A DNA stretch of 64,000 nt. Origin: a virus. Its lineage: Duplodnaviria > Caudoviricetes. The notes beneath the pieces were generated by a model. It was not told the DNA's origin. It made no database searches and was given only the letters and a program-made list of their open reading frames with translations. Numbering within the stretch: position 1 is the stretch's first letter; each line of letters opens with the position of its first letter. The translations under genes and the position numbers were made by a program. Below are positions 62,939-64,000 of the stretch, in pieces. The stretch lies in IMG/VR virus record IMGVR_UViG_3300021387_000334, positions 1-64,000 of that record; one strand, given 5' to 3'.

Positions 62939-64000
62939 TTATCAAGATTAACAGTTTAGAAATTACCAACTTCAAGTGCTTCCGTCACAAGGAGTTTACA
63001 TTCGACTCCGATGTTACCACCATCCGGGGACGTAACGGTGCAGGAAAGACTACCATCGCCGATGCCATCCTTTTCTGTCTCTTCGGAAAGAACACCGCAG
63101 GACAGTCCGACCTCGAAATCTTCAAGACCATGGAGGACGGCAAGGTAATCCCCAATATCGACCACTCTGTGGAAATGGAGATAGAAGTAAAAGCAAGATT
63201 AGGAGAAGCTATCGGCGTTTCTAATGTTACCCTGAAACGCTCCATCAAGGAGGTGTGGGTAAAGAAGCGCGGCTCTGATGAATCCGTCTTCAAGAACAAT
63301 ACCTGCGAATACTTCGTCAACGGCGATTCTTACACCAAGGCCGACTTCGAGAAATATGTTGGCTCCCTTATCACCGAAGACACTTTCAAGGCTATCACCA
63401 ACCCTGTCTATTTCCCATCCATAAAATGGCAGACCCAGCGTCATTTCCTCGCACAGATGGTAGGCAGCATAGAGCCGGAGGCCATCGCCGACACGGACGA
63501 ACTGGCTGCTCTCGTCCGTCAACTTGACGATTCCAACGATGATATAGTCAGTTACCGCAAGCATCTCTCCTATCAGATCAAGCAGATTAAGGACAAACTC
63601 GATAAGATTCCCGTCCGATTGGAGGAACAGCACAAGGCCCTGCCCGAGAAGTTGGATTGGGATGCCCTGCAGGTCAAGTATACTGACGTATCACGTCAGT
63701 CAGAAGAGGTCAATGCCAAGATTATTGCCATCAAGTCCGGCAACGGCGGCGACGTGCTCCGAGAGGAAATCCGCAAGGAAATCAATACCATCCGCACCGA
63801 CATGGAGAAGATAGAGGTGGAACAAAGACAGCTTCTTCGCATCCGTCAGGACGAACACGACCGCGCCATCAATACCGCCCGTCAGCAGTTCAACCAGCTC
63901 GTCGCAACCCAGCGCGACCTCGAAACTTCTCTCCCCTCTTTCGACACCCTTATCTTCCGCTGCAGGGAGACACTTGCCAAGTGCGAGCAGGATGCCGAGA
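62935..64000 (+). CDS. SbcC/Rad50/SMC-like P-loop ATPase (5' part, runs off the window)
   Basis: MIIKINSLEITNFKCF...GRNGAGKTTIADAILFCLFG followed by a long coiled coil. No stop codon in the window. Confidence 0.85.
   Translation, partial: MIIKINSLEITNFKCFRHKEFTFDSDVTTIRGRNGAGKTTIADAILFCLFGKNTAGQSDLEIFKTMEDGKVIPNIDHSVEMEIEVKARLGEAIGVSNVTLKRSIKEVWVKKRGSDESVFKNNTCEYFVNGDSYTKADFEKYVGSLITEDTFKAITNPVYFPSIKWQTQRHFLAQMVGSIEPEAIADTDELAALVRQLDDSNDDIVSYRKHLSYQIKQIKDKLDKIPVRLEEQHKALPEKLDWDALQVKYTDVSRQSEEVNAKIIAIKSGNGGDVLREEIRKEINTIRTDMEKIEVEQRQLLRIRQDEHDRAINTARQQFNQLVATQRDLETSLPSFDTLIFRCRETLAKCEQDAE
63678..63702 (+). repeat. exact 25-bp copy of 15742-15766 (hairpin copy 4) inside the ATPase CDS
   Basis: GTATACTGACGTATCACGTCAGTCA at both positions. 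Confidence 0.9.

Noticed and set aside
1-64000. TAG reassignment (genetic code 15)
   Set aside because: Long genes are intact in the standard code and several end on TAG followed by new starts or terminators. Only one internal TAG was noticed.

Overview
The window is 64 kb of a temperate Bacteroidales (Prevotella-like) phage with a short-tailed (P22/crAss-type) virion gene set. It appears to be in the excised or episomal state, because an attP-like site (tRNA 3' fragment flanked by arm-type repeats) lies beside the integrase with phage genes on both sides. Left to right: end of an early gene cluster; nozzle-like gene; a stand-alone lipoprotein moron; leftward head operon (scaffold, major capsid, adaptor); rightward portal, four paralogous ring-like genes, holin and endolysin; a self-contained six-gene cassette of unknown function; a tail fibre with an AT-rich receptor-binding end; a 5396-aa DarB-like MTase/helicase ejection protein; pilot proteins; a coupled spanin-like/membrane protein/rhomboid/terminase operon; an early anti-defence region (RadC, PcfK/PcfJ); integrase-attP; repressor switch, antirepressor, NinG and the start of an SbcC/SMC-like ATPase. 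Main observations: (1) a rhomboid protease coupled to the terminase, in a phage whose capsid protein starts with a membrane anchor and where I recognise no prohead protease in the window; (2) a late-promoter motif GTRAMRACACGG-N22-(T/G)AnnTTTG in front of six virion transcription units; (3) a covarying GTAYACTG-N11-CAGTC hairpin family, one copy duplicated exactly 48 kb away inside a CDS; (4) the separately regulated ECCC cassette; (5) two sRNA candidates with the same pseudoknot-terminator topology and three tRNA mimics. All calls were made by eye from motifs and synteny, with no database searches, so protein family names are recognition-based.
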